Assembly: GCA_002269645.1 (NCBI GenBank)
Contig: NIVC01002033.1
Coordinates: 1 to 64,000 of the forward strand
DNA length: 64,000 bases
DNA from: Macrostomum lignano
Lineage: Eukaryota
Reading direction: 5' to 3'
The notes beneath the pieces are model-generated. The model ran no database searches and was not told where the DNA came from. It saw nothing but the letters and a program-made list of their open reading frames with translations. How positions within the stretch are numbered: the stretch's first letter is position 1; each line of letters opens with the position of its first letter. Shown piece after piece: positions 48,558 through 62,100 of this stretch. The translations under genes were made by a program, and so were the position numbers.

Positions 48558-51500
48558 ATGCGAGTGTCTGCTAAGCTTGCGGCTGGCCTGGCCGCCCACT
48601 CTGGCGATGTCAACGGAGTCGCTTTTAGTAATCGGTATTTAGCCACCTGTTCCGGCGACAAAACTGTGCGGTAAGTGCGCCAATGTGATTGACAGCTGTG
48701 TGTTCTGACAGGCTGTTTGTGACAGCTAGTGTGTGTTCTGACAGGCTGTTTGTGACAGCTAGTGTGCGTTCTGACAGGCTGTTTGTGACAGCTAGTGTGT
48801 GTTCTGACAGGCTGTTTGTGACAGCTAGTGTGCGTTCTGACAGCCTGTTTGTGACAGCTAGTATGTGTTCTGACAGGCTGTTTGTGACAGCTGTGTGTGT
48901 TCTGACAGGCTGTTTTTGACAGCTAGTGTGCGTTCTGACAGCCTGTTTGTGACAGCTAGTATGTGTTCCGACAGCCTGCTTGTGACAACTAGTGTGTGTT
49001 TCGACAGCTTGTTCCTAACAGCGTGTGTGTATTCTAAATCTAATAGCACGATCTTGATAGCCTGAATCAGTAATAGCTAGTGCTTTTATTTCCTTCTAGC
49101 GTATACTGCAGTGCATGTTAACATTTATAATACGCGATCCTAAGTCCCGCTTTCTATTTTTCGCCCTCAAGACTGTGGGAGGCCGGCACCATGCGAGAAG
49201 CCGCCTGCTCTCCGCTGCTTGGCCACACCTACTATGTCAATTGCGTGGCCTTCTCGCCGTTCAGCACCATTCTGGTCAGCTGTTCCACCGATGGAAATAT
49301 CATCTTTTGGGAGCCCGATACGGGTGAGCTGAGTAGTAGATTGAGCAGGGACTTAACTTGGGTGAATATGGAGAAGAGAGGATTGCCAGAGAATTAGAGA
49401 AGATAACGAGAAAGTAGAGAATAGTGAGAGAAGTAAAGGGGATAGTGAGAGAAGTAGAGGGGATAGTGAGAGAAGTAGAGAGGATAGTGAGAGAAGTAGA
49501 TAGGATAGTGAGAGAAGTAGAGAGGATAGTGAGGGAAGTAGAGGGGATAGTGAGGGAAGTAGAGAGGATAGTGAGAGAAGTCGATAGGATAGTGAGAGAA
49601 GTAGAGGGAATAGTAAGAGAAGTAGAGAGGATAGTGAGAGAAGTAGATAGGATAGTGAGAGAAGTAGAGAGGATAGTGAGAAAAGTAGAGGATAGTGAGA
49701 GAAGTAGAGAGAATAGTAAGAGAAGTAGAGAGGATAGCGAGAGAAGTAGATAGGATAGTGAGAGAAGTAGAGAGGATAGTGAGAAAAGTAGAGGATAGTG
49801 AGAGAAGTAGAGGGAATAGTAAGAGAAGTAGAGAGGATAGCGAGAGAAGTAGATAGGATAGTGAGAGAAGTAGAGAGGATAGTGAGAAAAGTAGAGGATA
49901 GTGAGAGAAGTAGAGAGAATAGTAAGAGAAGTAGAGAGTACAGTGAGAGAGAAGTAGAGGGGATAGTGAGAGAAGTAGAGAGAATAGTGAGAGAAGTAGA
50001 GAGAATAGTGAGAGAAGTAGAGAGAATAGTGAGAGAAGTAGAGAAGATATCAAGAGACAAAAAAGAGCAGCAAAAACAAATTACTCCATCCCCGTTAGGC
50101 CAGAAGCTGGGCCTATTCACCCATCCCAGCAAGTGCGGCATCCGGTCCGGCGTGTTCTCGCTCAATTCCCAACTATTCGCCAGCGGCAGCGAAGACGGCA
50201 GCATCTGCCTATGGGACGTGTCCAGCAGGTCAATGCTCAGACAGTTCTCTGGCGGGCACGAAGGCTCCGTGTTAGGCCTGGCGTTCACTCCGGATGCTCT
50301 CTATCTGGTTAGCGGATCAACTAGCGGCGACCTGCGAGTGTGGGACAGCAAGTACGGCCACGCCAAGTCTCTGCACCTGCAGTTGGATGGGCACGACTTG
50401 GGAGTCGGCTGTCTGGATGTGTCTCCGTGTATTGGTGCGTTGGGATGGGCTGGGGCGGAACTGGGTGTTTACAGGGGCGGGACTGGGTGTTTACTGGATC
50501 CGGACTGGTTGTTTACTGGATCCGGACTGGTTGTTTACTGGATCCGGACTGGTTGTTTACTGGATCCGGACTGGGTGTTTACTGGGGCGGGACTGGGTGT
50601 TTACTGGATCCGGACTGGGTGTTTACTGGATCCGGACTGGGTGTTTACTGGGGCGGGACTGGGTGTTTACTGGATCCGGACTGGTTGTTTACTGGATCCG
50701 GACTGGGTGTTTACTGGGGTGGGACTGGGTGTTTACTGGGGTGGGACTGGGTGTTTACTGGGGTGGGACTGGGTGTTTACTGGATCCGGACTGGGTGTTT
50801 ACTGGATCCGGACTGGGTGTTTACTGGGGCGGGACTGGGTGTTTACTGGATCCGGACTGGTTGTTTACTGGGGCGGGACTGGGTGTTTACTGGATCCGGA
50901 CTGGGTGTTTACTGGGGCGGGACTGGGTGTTTACTGGATCCGGACTGGGTGTTTACTGGATCCGGACTGGGTGTTTACTGGGGCGGGACTGGGTGTTTTC
51001 TGGATCCGGACTGGTTGTTTACTGGGGCGGGACTGGGTGTTTACTGGATCCGGACTGGGTGTTTACTGGATCCGGACTGGGTGTTTACTGGATCCGGACT
51101 GGGTGTTTACTGGATCCGGACTGGGTGTTTACTGGGGCGGGACTGGGTGTTTACTGGATCCGGACTGGGTGTTTACTGGGGCGGGACTGGGTGTTTACTG
51201 GGGCGGGAATGGGTGTTTACTGGATCCGGACTGGGTGTTTACTGGGGCGGCATTGGTGTTTATTGAGTCGGGAATGGGTGTTTATTGGGGAGGGAATGGG
51301 TGTTTATGGGACTGGGCCAGGGTGTGTACTAGAGCGAAAGTCAGTGTGAAGGTCACTATTATTTGCTTAGATATCTACTGTGGAATCATCATTCGGTCCC
51401 CGTCTGTTGCCTGGTTTGCTTTTTGCTAATTTTCCTTGTTTAACTGCACAAAGAATCTTTGATGCGGCCTTTGAAACACAGAAATAGTTTTGCTAATTAA

Positions 51501-52047
51501 TGGCAAGTAAAATTCGGATTAGTAGATTTACAATGCATCGGATTCAGATTGAATCGCCCCCCATCCCCTGTAATTGCAGATCCCATCGAGAATGGACGCG
51601 TGTTAAAAAATCGATACACGGTGGCTACCGGCGGCTTCGACAATCTGGTGAAACTGTGGCACCTGGTTGCTACCGGCGAGGATTTGAGTGAGGACGAGTT
51701 TTTTTAATTTTAACACCTCGGTTTATTGATTTGTTGTGTGTGTGTTTTAATAATCATATGCAATCGTTTCATAATTTTCTCTGCTATCCATTTGCCAGGA
51801 TTTGCAGGTATATGGTTTCATTTAAAAAATTATTATTTACTTGCCTGTCTCTCCTGCTAGCTATGCTGTTTCTAGTGCTTGATTTTCTCGTAGTTTTTCC
51901 TGTTGTTTTTCGCTTTACTCCTTGAATATCTTAGTTAGAATTCTGGTGTCGTACTGTATTTTTGTAATAAGCCATCACTCAAAATGCACTGTTGCACTGC
52001 TATGGTGGTCTGGTTTCGACAGACCGCTAGACAGACAGACAGACAGC

Positions 52048-52095
<48 letters not shown>

Positions 52096-52137
52096 ACAGA
52101 CAGACAGACAGGCAGACAGGCAGACAGACAGACAGGC

Positions 52138-52170
<33 letters not shown>

Positions 52171-52173
52171 GGC

Positions 52174-52238
<65 letters not shown>

Positions 52239-54823
52239 GTAGTCTTTGATATCCTACTCAACTATTTCTGTCAGCTCTATCTGTCTGAGCCAATGCATGG
52301 AAATAATTTAATTGCTTAGTGAATTTCTGCAGTTTCGTATCGTATTTCAATAGTGCAGTGTCAATTCTTCAACGCCCTAAGTATACTCATTATTAATCAA
52401 AATAATATTTTTATTGCCCAATACAGACGTCACGCTAACTCTGGCATCAGTTCTCAAGGGTCACAGCGGTGCCGTGAATTCGATAAAGTTTTCGCCAAAT
52501 GGAAAATTATTAATTTCTGGGTGCGTTTTATATAACTAACTAAACCTGAGTATTAATTGCCGTAATTGGGTTTCGTAAAGAATTTATTTACAAAATCAGT
52601 TTCGTTCTGTTTCAGTTCCGGCGATCACACTGTTCGAGTTTGGAAGCCTGTGAGCACAACCATAAAACCATATTTTATGGCTTGTTAATTATTTAAATGT
52701 ATGTGCAAATCTTTATTAAATTTGAATTTGAATTGCTTAATTCCAGGATAAACTTTCCCTTCTGCATATGATCGATGCTCACTCAAGGTGAGTATTTTAA
52801 ATTTGCCATTTAATTCAAAATGTACTTTTAGTACATTTTAGTAGTTTACCATTTTTAGTATTTAGTAGCTTACTTATAGTAGTCAGTAGGAGCATGGTTC
52901 TTTTAACTTCATTATTTTAGATACGTGACCAGCTGTTGCTGGTCTAACGACGGCCTGTCCATAGCCAGCGGCTCAAACGATCGTCAAGTTCGCGTGTGGG
53001 AGCTGGATATAGATGAGGAGACACCCGACTCTGGTGGGTTATTGTTAATTTATGCAATTATTTAATTACAAATTCTAGAGAGCCTCTTGTAATTTTTTTA
53101 TTTTCGTATCATACGCTGAGTCTTTTACTGTGATGGCTATGCCCTTGAATTATGATGAAAATCTGCAGTCTTTGTCTACTCGTAGGGAACCTCAAGAGTT
53201 TTTTATCTCACTTAGTATATCTCAGTCATTATTCCCTCGGGGCTTTTCCTACAAAGCCTGTAAAATTTGTGTGCCAAATATTCACAAAAGTTCGTAGAAA
53301 GCCTCCCGAAATATTGTCAATAGTACCGACTTATTCATATGGGTTCTTCGAGACTCTCCGAGATATTATTAACCAATTATTCACGCGAGTTCGTGGAGAG
53401 CCTCCGAGATATTATTACCTAATTATTTACGTGGGTTCGTAGAGAGCCTCCAAGATTTTATTACCCAGTTATTCACGCGAGTTCGTAGAGCCTCCGATAT
53501 TTTATTACCCAATTATTCACGCGGGTCCGTAGTGAGCCTCTGAGATTTTATTACCGAATTATTCACGCGGGTTCGTAGTGAGCCTCTGAGATATTATTAC
53601 CCAATTATTCACGCGGGTTCGTAGAGAGCCTCTGAGATATTATTACCCAATTATTCACACAGACTCGTAGCGAGCCTCCAGTGTCAATCTGGGACTTAAA
53701 CCTCTTTCGAACACATTCTCAGAGGTGCCCCTGCCAGATTTGGCAAGCGAAGCTGCCGAAGCTCCAGTTGGCGCGCCCAGCTGGTCTCCATTGCCAGCCT
53801 GGACTGTGGATCACGTCGCTAGACTGTTCTCTCGATTAGGCCTTGGCCAGTACAGTAGAGCAGTCTACGAACAGGCTGTCGATGGCCGAGTATTGATGTC
53901 GCTATCTGACGCGCAATTGCGCACCGAGCTGGGCATGGGTGAGTGTGTTTGTCTATATTTTCTACTTACGCTACTTAGTAGTAGTCTGGCGATCATTTTT
54001 CTACTAAAATACAAAACCATAGTGTTTAAAATGACTCTTGTTAAATTTTTCAGCCGTACTAGGGCACAGACAGAAGCTGCTGGATGCTATCGAGGCCATG
54101 AAAAATAATCGGACTGTGGCGGACAAGGACGCCGGTTCGTGTTTTTAGGGGTTTTCAATTTAGGAACTTGTTTGTCTGCCAACATTAGAATGTTATATAT
54201 CATTATCCCACTTTATAAGCATTACTTTTTGTGATTACCCCTTCGGCCCTTCTAACTTTATGATTGATCCCATTTATGATTTTTCCCTTTATGATTTATC
54301 CCATTTATGATACTCCCCTATATGATTCATCCCATTTATGGTTCTTCCCTTTATGATTTATCCCATTTATGATACTCCCCTTTATGATTTATCCCATTTA
54401 TGATACTCCCCTATATGATTTATCCCATTAATGATTCTCCCCTTTACGATTTATCCCATTTGATTATCCCCATTCATGGTTTATCCTAACGTATTTATGA
54501 TAATTGCCTTTATAATCCCCCGTGATTCTGCACGCTTTGCGAAAAGCTGCTCCTTTTATATTCCCGTAACCGATTGCTCCTCCCCCCAACCCGCAGGCAT
54601 CCCGGACGAGTATCTGTGCCCCATCACTCGCGAGCTGATGCGCGACCCGGTCATAGCGGCAGACGGCTACACCTACGAGCGCGGCGCCATCGAGTCCTGG
54701 CTGGAACGCGGCCGAACAACCAGCCCGATGACTAACGAACTGATGAAGCCACAGCTAATTAGCAATCGCAGCCTCCGCGTACTTATCCAGCGCTACATCG
54801 AGGATCACTCTGCTCCGACTTGA
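48558..54823 (+). CDS. WDSUB1: WD repeat, SAM and U-box domain protein (504 aa). Exons 48558-48670, 49172-49323, 50099-50434, 51580-51687, 52427-52520, 52616-52649, 52747-52787, 52921-53033, 53723-53938, 54054-54134, 54597-54823
   Basis: WD40 repeats ([23 protein letters not shown]; [13 protein letters not shown]; [14 protein letters not shown]; [15 protein letters not shown]), a SAM domain ([26 protein letters not shown]) and a U-box ([28 protein letters not shown]). The 1515-nt spliced total is in frame. Confidence 0.95.
48690..49010. repeat. Intronic minisatellite, 33-bp unit (ctgacaggctgtttgtgacagctagtgtgtgtt)
   Basis: WDSUB1 intron 1. Confidence 0.93.
49410..50045. repeat. Intronic purine-rich minisatellite, 21-bp unit (gatagtgagagaagtagagag)
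   Basis: WDSUB1 intron 2. Confidence 0.93.
50450..51300. repeat. Intronic G-rich minisatellite, 22-bp unit (ggactgggtgtttactggatcc / ...tggggcg)
   Basis: WDSUB1 intron 3; two interleaved unit variants. Confidence 0.95.
52020..52240. repeat. (GACA)n microsatellite
   Basis: WDSUB1 intron 4. Confidence 0.97.
53365..53680. repeat. Intronic minisatellite, about 46-bp unit (ttattacccaattattcacgcgggttcgtagagagcctctgagata)
   Basis: About 7 copies in WDSUB1 intron 8. Confidence 0.88.
54255..54480. repeat. Degenerate short-unit array (tttatgatttatccca-like)
   Basis: WDSUB1 intron 10. Confidence 0.8.
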
Positions 54824-56074
54824 TTAGTTAACAGATTTTTTATAAACACTCGAATATTGCTACTTTTCACTGCCATTCGATAGTAGTGCAATCAGTAAGT
54901 TTCTCGTGACTTCTGATAACATTTTATTATATCAATATTACATACATACTACTCTTACAGCCTGTCTGTTGTAATTCTTTTCAAAAAGATAATCTCTCTG
55001 TGATTTATATATTCTCGTATGTACAAAATGCTTTTGTAATTTCTTATATATTGAAGCTAAATTTCTTTTATCAAACGTGGATTATCATTTCTAATCGCTT
55101 ACTCAATGTCGTGTTGTAAATCCAACTATGTGTTGTGTTACTATTGATATTTGATTTGCTTATGAAAATCATTCATTTTTATGTTTATCAAATATTCTGA
55201 CCAAAAGATTGACTGCCTTAACTAAAATTCCTTGGTACACAGAGTCCTCATCGATATCTGTTAAATATTCAGACTGTGGGTATAACAGATTGATATCAAT
55301 CCCACCATTGCTTTTTTACCTGCAACCTCATTGCCTTTCTCTTTTTCAAATAAAAAGCATTCAACTCTAAGACAGACAGTAGTTATTGATTGAGAACTTT
55401 TAATTTATATGTTTAATTGACATGATTTCTATAATCAATCAATTTATAAAGACTTCTGATGGTTTTTATAGACTGAACGCCTAAGCTACAATAGAAAATG
55501 ACATCATACATTTACTTTAGGAATACTACTAAACTAATAAAGCTACTATAATGCGTGATTAAATGTATTCATAAATTCAAGGTCACCAGGGAATGAAGCG
55601 CTCATTTCACTTTCAACACAACCTTGCACTGCGATTTTACAGGAAGTCACGGGATGTGATATAGCTGGATATGAACTGAATTACATTGAAATAGCCTCTG
55701 TTCTGTTAACAACTGAATTCGTTAATTCTCGATAATTAACATAAAACGCCTTCATATGCACAAACATTTGTTTATAACCAAGAAAAATACTTTTTGTTTA
55801 TTTATCAATAATTTTCAAAAAGATGACGAACTATTATTTAAACTAACAATGGTATAGAAAATAGATGATCCAGAACTGAACTTGGGCGTCATAGTGACCA
55901 TTGCGACGAATTTAACAAAAAGGTCACGGTAGGTTAGTGTATAGGTTAGAAATCCTTGCATTTTGGGATAAGATAGACCTGAAATATGCCTAGGCCCTAA
56001 TTGTATAATTTAGAGACTAAACTATACCTAGTTATCTAATGTGAAACCTAAATTATACGTAATTGTAAATTGTA

Positions 56075-56345
56075 AGACTTAAGCTACGTCTAATTGTCTA
56101 ATTCAACATTGAGCTACGTCTAACTGTCTTATTTCAGAATTAAGCTGCGCCTAATCGTCTAATTAAGACTTGAGCTACGCCTAATTGCCCAATTTAGGAA
56201 TCAAGCTACGCCTAATTGCCCAATTTAGGAATCAAGCTACGCCTAATTTAAGACTTGAGCTACGCTTAATTGTCTAATTCAAGAATTAAGCTACGCCTAA
56301 TTGTCTAATTTTAAACCTCTACTATGCGTAATTGCCTAATTCAAG
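56075..56345. repeat. Degenerate minisatellite with a recurring aagctacgcctaattgtctaatt core
   Basis: Lies between the convergent WDSUB1 and transaldolase 3-prime ends. Confidence 0.85.
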
Positions 56346-56467
56346 ACCCAAAATTTACTTGCATGCTTCATGTCTCTAAAAGGCTCCTTTTAAAAGCAAA
56401 CATTTTCTTTCTATTCTCGGGTCTTAGGGGTCACTTCAGGTCACAATCCCAATCAATGCAAGACTCT

Positions 56468-57238
56468 TCAAGCGCTGGACTTGGCGACCAGAGCCGCTTC
56501 AATCTGCTTCTCCAGCGTGGCAGCGTCGGCGGCGAATCGGCGAATACCTTCGGCCAGTTTGTCCGTCGCCATCTCGTCTTCGTTCAGCTGCCAGCGAAAC
56601 TCGGCCTCGTTGAGTGAGCGGGCGGCGCTGTCCGGGCAGTCCTGGCTGGCCCGTTCGCTGCACAGCCGCCTGGGCACTTCGGCTGGTAGCACCCGGAGCT
56701 GCTCCAGCAGGGCTGGGCTGATGGTGAGCAGGTCGCAGCCGGCCAGCTCAAGGATTTGCATTGTATTGCGAAAGCTGGCGCCCATAATTTCAGTTTTATA
56801 GCCGAACTTTTTGTAATAATTGTACACTCCGCGAACGAACCGAACGCCCGGCTCGGATTCGCGATCGAACGAGCTGACGCCGAGCTTTTTGCCGTACCAG
56901 TCCGTGATGCGACCGACGAATGGCGAGATTAGTGTGACCTTGGCCTCGGCGCATGCGATCGCCTGGCAACCGGATTGGATTAGTGAGTATTAAATTTATC
57001 TCAGTTTTAGATTTTAACGATACTGAATGCGAGCAATAACTGACGGGGGAAGAAAAACAGACAGACAGAAATTCGGTCAGACTCATAGAGGTTAGAGGTA
57101 CATGTAGACTCTAAGACAGAAGGACAGACAGAAAGCCAGACACAGGTGCAGACAGACAGGCAGACAGACAGACGACACGGATACAGACAGACAGACAGAC
57201 ACACAGACAGACAGACAGACAGACACAGACAGCCAGCC

Positions 57239-57311
<73 letters not shown>

Positions 57312-58074
57312 CAGACAGACAGACAGACAGACAGACTGACAGACAGGCACGCAGATAGAATGACATTAACATAGTTAGACAATAGACAAAGAAATGCATA
57401 ACATGCATTAACAGACTCGATAAGACAAACAGATACACAGACTATAAAAACTTGAACCAACAGCATTTCGAGAGTTTAATTTAATGCTACTGCACATACT
57501 CGCATCCCAGCTTTAACAAACCTGCGGCATAGAAAACATCAGCGTCAGATTGCAGTGAATGCCTTCAGCTTCCAACAGCTTAGCGGCTTGAATTCCCTCC
57601 CAGGTGGAGCTCAGCTTAATGAGCACGCGCTCTTTGGCTATGCCGGCGTCTGCGTACAGCTTGATGAGGCGTCTGGCCTTGGCCACTTGAGCATCTTTGT
57701 CGAATGACAGTCTAAAATATATATTAGACATTATTTGCATTAAAATTGTTTTACTAAAAAGGCTTGTTAAATTGTTTAAATAAATAAAATATTTATTAAT
57801 GTCTAAAAATCTGATTTTTCATAGGCTGTGCCAAACTTTGCCATTTTTAAAGCATGCATAATTTACCTAGCATCAACCTCAGTAGACACGCGACCAGGAA
57901 CCACTTTGAGAATCTCTAAGCCAAATGCAACAAACAGACGGTCCATTGCTTCTTCAAGAGTGGCGCTGCTTGATACAGTAGAGTCTACCAGCTGCTTGTA
58001 CTGTGGCATCTTAGCAGCAGCCAGAATCAGTGAAGGATTGGTGGTGGCATCAGTTGGCTGGTAGGTCTTAATAG
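56468..58074 (-). CDS. TALDO1: Transaldolase, 5-prime partial. Exons 58074-57867, 57711-57522, 56962-56468; first coding exon not found
   Basis: [25 protein letters not shown], the catalytic-Lys motif [53 protein letters not shown]. Phases are consistent. Confidence 0.96.
57110..57350. repeat. (GACA)n microsatellite in a transaldolase intron
   Basis: Directly visible. Confidence 0.95.
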
Positions 58075-59138
58075 CTAAAATGGCAATACAATTATGATGA
58101 CAAAAAACATTTTTTCAAGTAAAAAAATGATGAAATTATTTGAACTTGTTGATTTTGTTTATTGTTGCATTAAAGGGTTTAGAATTATGGAGGTGATAGA
58201 GGTCTATAGTGTGGTAGCCACTATGCTGAGAACCACTTCTATTTCATTTCTTACTGGCCTGCCTAAGTATATCTGGCCTGCCATCACAAATTAAAGCCAT
58301 AATCTATTTTGTGACCACTAGCGCAACTAGGGGGCGGGGGCGGGGGGGGGGGGCCGCCCCCCCCCCCCTTACGGGTGACCGTCTGACCAAACAGAATAAG
58401 ACATGATTTTTGTTCATTGATGATATCGAGGGATTGAGGTAATACTAACATCTTTTCTGTTTACAGTTTAGATTTAGAAGGAAAGCCTACTGGAGTAAAG
58501 TAACCAAATATGTCGCTTGGCAGGCAGGCAGCCCCGGCTGGGCACAGCAGACTGCAGTTTTGTAAGCTTAAGCTAAACCGCCTTCCTCCCTATGCCTATT
58601 GGCCCTTTTGCTGTTGGCAGTCTGACCCTCTTCCCTTCCCTTCCTATCCTACCCTAAACAAGCTAGCCCCCCAACCCAAGCCAACCATGCCAAGGCCCAA
58701 ATGTACAGTAGTTGTTATTGAGTCTTCAGTGTTGTGTTTTAATCGAAATGTGTAGTATTGGACATTAGACAAGGGAAGGAAGGAAGAGTGGTGATGGACG
58801 TGGTCCAAGGGAAAGGAAATGTGTGACTGAGCCTGAGGTGGGCCTAGTCTTGGTGCCTCTACACTGGTGCCTGCCTTCCCCACCCCATCCCCACCTCACC
58901 CTTCCCAAAGAAAGATGTACATGTAAAGAGGATCGATGATGTACAGTACAAGTTCAATTTCTGACTGTTATTTCTACTGTTGTTATTGCCTACTGGTACT
59001 GGTATAAGAGCAGAGCAGAGTTTTTAACATTAGGAATACTTGGATATTAACTGTTCTAACGGCAATTGTCTGTTGACTTGACTTATTAAGATTTCAGTCA
59101 ATTAAGTAATTAAATCAACACGCAAAAAGCTGCAAAGC

Positions 59139-62100
59139 CATAGTTGCCACACCTGCGCTATTTTAGCGCTACTGCGCTATTTTGTTTCAGCTGCGCTACT
59201 GCGCTATTATCTTTGAAATGCTTTCAATTCTGCGCTAAATGAGTTTTATAGTTACACTAAGTCAACATTGTTTCCCTTCCTCTAAGTCTAAGTCAAAGCA
59301 CACTCTTTACTTTCTTTAAGAATTGTGTAGAAAGAACTAAAAAGATGCAGTCAGTCGGGGCTTGCCACTTGGCCTTACCCATCCCTTAGTCTGGTGGGGT
59401 GTTGCTGATTGGGGCCCTGATCGGATACCCCAAGTTTCAAGCCCTACCCCCCCCCCAAAATGGCCAATTCCTATTGGCTTAGCAAATAGTCAATCCCACT
59501 CACCCCCATGGGTCTGCTTTTTATTCCACTTTAAAATCAAAACATGTTATCGAACTTAAACTAAATAAACAAGAAAGTGTCTGAGTCCAGACATAGAGTT
59601 CTTGTATCAAGGACAAGCATAATGCCTCTTAAAACAAAGCCAAGTCAACGAGGCACAAAATGGGACAACGATTGGCTACAAGAAAAAGACAACTCTGGCG
59701 TTCTAATCTCTAAGTGGTGTCAACAAGACAGAATTGAAGGCAAGGCCTATTGCAGGGCCTGCTCCAGGTCATTCTCAATAATGCAGCATGGAATCAGCGC
59801 GATTCGTCAGCACGCTGATGGACAAAACCACAAAATTCAAATATCTGCTATTGGTCAACAAAAGACCATGACAAGTTTCTTCTCGGTTATGAACGACGAT
59901 CCAGCAAAGCAAGCTGTGAGTTCGACTACTATCAGCGAGCAAGCAATGGCGGCCAATTTGCGTTTTTCATTACTGGTGGCCCAAAAGGATCTGTCATTTA
60001 ACCTAATGGACCAGTTTACATCGCTGCTTCCGGTTGCATTTCCGGACAGTGCTATCGCTCAGCAATTTGCCTGCTGCAGAACTAAAACGACCTATCTTGT
60101 TAACGAGGCATTGGCACCATTCGCAAAGGAGCAAATGTTTGACCTTCTCCGCAAGTCGCATTTCTCCATTATGCTGGATGAGGGCACTAAACGTGATCGC
60201 TCCTACCTGGCAGTACTTGCAAGAGTATTCTCCACTGAGCACCAAAATGTCCCAATTGTAATGATTGGCATCAAAGAGCTGACGGACAGCACTGCTGAAG
60301 GAATGAAGACAGTTGTTAAGGAACTACTTCGTGAAGGGAATATACCTGTTAAGCATGTTCTCTCGGTGATGACTGACTCATGCAATGCAATGCGAGGTGA
60401 GCAATTGCAGAACTAGCTTGTTCTTTTATATGAATGTCCTAATTACCTATAATAATAAGTATGTACTTATAATGAAAGTTTGTGACTGCTACATGCACTA
60501 CTATTTACATGTCTCTACTACTGTCTCTACTATGTCTCTACATGTACATTTGCTATTACTACGCTCGTGCGAGTAGTAGCAACTGTCTTATATTATAGAA
60601 ATAGTATACTAGTAAGTAGTAACGTACGTGATACAGTAATCTAACAGTTAGCAGTTTTTTTTCACAACCTTATTACAACATGTGAATGACATGATAACTT
60701 TGTAAGTTTTTATGGAATGTTTAATGAATAAAACTATTTATCCTAACATTCCGAAGGTCAAAACAATGGCCTGCTTGCTAAACTGAAGGAGGAGCTACCG
60801 CACCTAATCGATGTTGGCGGGTGTAGCCTACACCACGTGCACAACGCTGTCCAATATGCGGTAAAGGCTTTGGACACTTCTGGAGAGACAGAAGGACTCC
60901 TGGATGATGTTTATAACAATTTTCGGTTCAAAAGTCGACGCAAAGCCTTCCATCAGGTATGCCTCTTGTGCGAACAAAGTTTATTTCTGGTTTTAAGAAT
61001 AAGAACAATTACAAATACATATATTCTGTCTTTGTGATACTTTTATCCAACTTAACTGAACTTCTGTCGGGCATAATTTATTGAGATAATAAAAAGATCA
61101 TAGTAAGTACACCATAAAGCAAATGAGCAAATTATAGCAAAATGCACATGTTCTTTTACCTATTACTATCGCTGATAGTGATATCATCAGTTTGTTGCCC
61201 CTGAACTCTATGAATAAATGCTTCTAGTTCTCTCCATATTATTCTAAACAGTACCGCTCATATTGCTCTGCCACCCACTGTTGCATTTTAGATTCAGACA
61301 GCACTGAATCTGACTGAGCATGCATTTATCCGCCGAGTGGAGACCCGTTGGCTCCAGGTGCTAATAGTGGTGCGTCGTATTCTCGAGCAGTGGCCTGCGC
61401 TGCAGCATTTCTTCTCAAACCAGCAGAACATTCAGAATGACCGAGCTCGCCGCATCAGGGAGGCCTTGACCGACAAAGCTCTAGCACGCCTCCAGTTTCT
61501 CGAACAAGCTTTGCCCAGGTGCGAGAAGATTGAGAAGCTATTTCAAAATGAGTCTACTCAGGTCCACCTTCTTTCATCGTCACTGGACGATCTCTGCGGC
61601 TGCATCCTGACGTGCTTTGTCCGAGAAGACGTTTTTAATGAGACCAACTCTCTGTCAGACCTCGCCGATCGTGCCAAGGAACGCTCCAATCAGTTGAACA
61701 ATGCAAGTCTGGTGATTGGTGGCAAGACCCGTGAGACTGTCGACAGACTGTCGCCAATTGATCGCATTGGATTCTACAAGAGCGTTCGCGATTTCTATTG
61801 TGAGTTAGTGCAGAGGCTTTTTTCATATCTGCCACTGCAGAACAAGATCCTCCGAGCTCTTCGCTTTGTCGACCCTAACTATCTACTCGGAGAGGACTTC
61901 AACTTCGACAGAACCTTGCTAAGGGTCGCCAAAACGATGAGCACCGTCATCGCAGTTGATGAGCTTGATGAGCTGCGTCTCGAAGTCACCAGGTTGCGTG
62001 TCTCAAACTCGGAGCTCGAAAAGTCGAATCCTGAGAAGTTCTGGTCATGCCTGCCCACTGCGACTTACCCGCTGCTATCAAAGCTAGGGCGCAGTGCATG

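Noticed and set aside
49353-51429. 543-aa, 351-aa, 311-aa and 308-aa repeat ORFs
   Set aside because: Satellite read-through around the true WDSUB1 exon 50099-50434.
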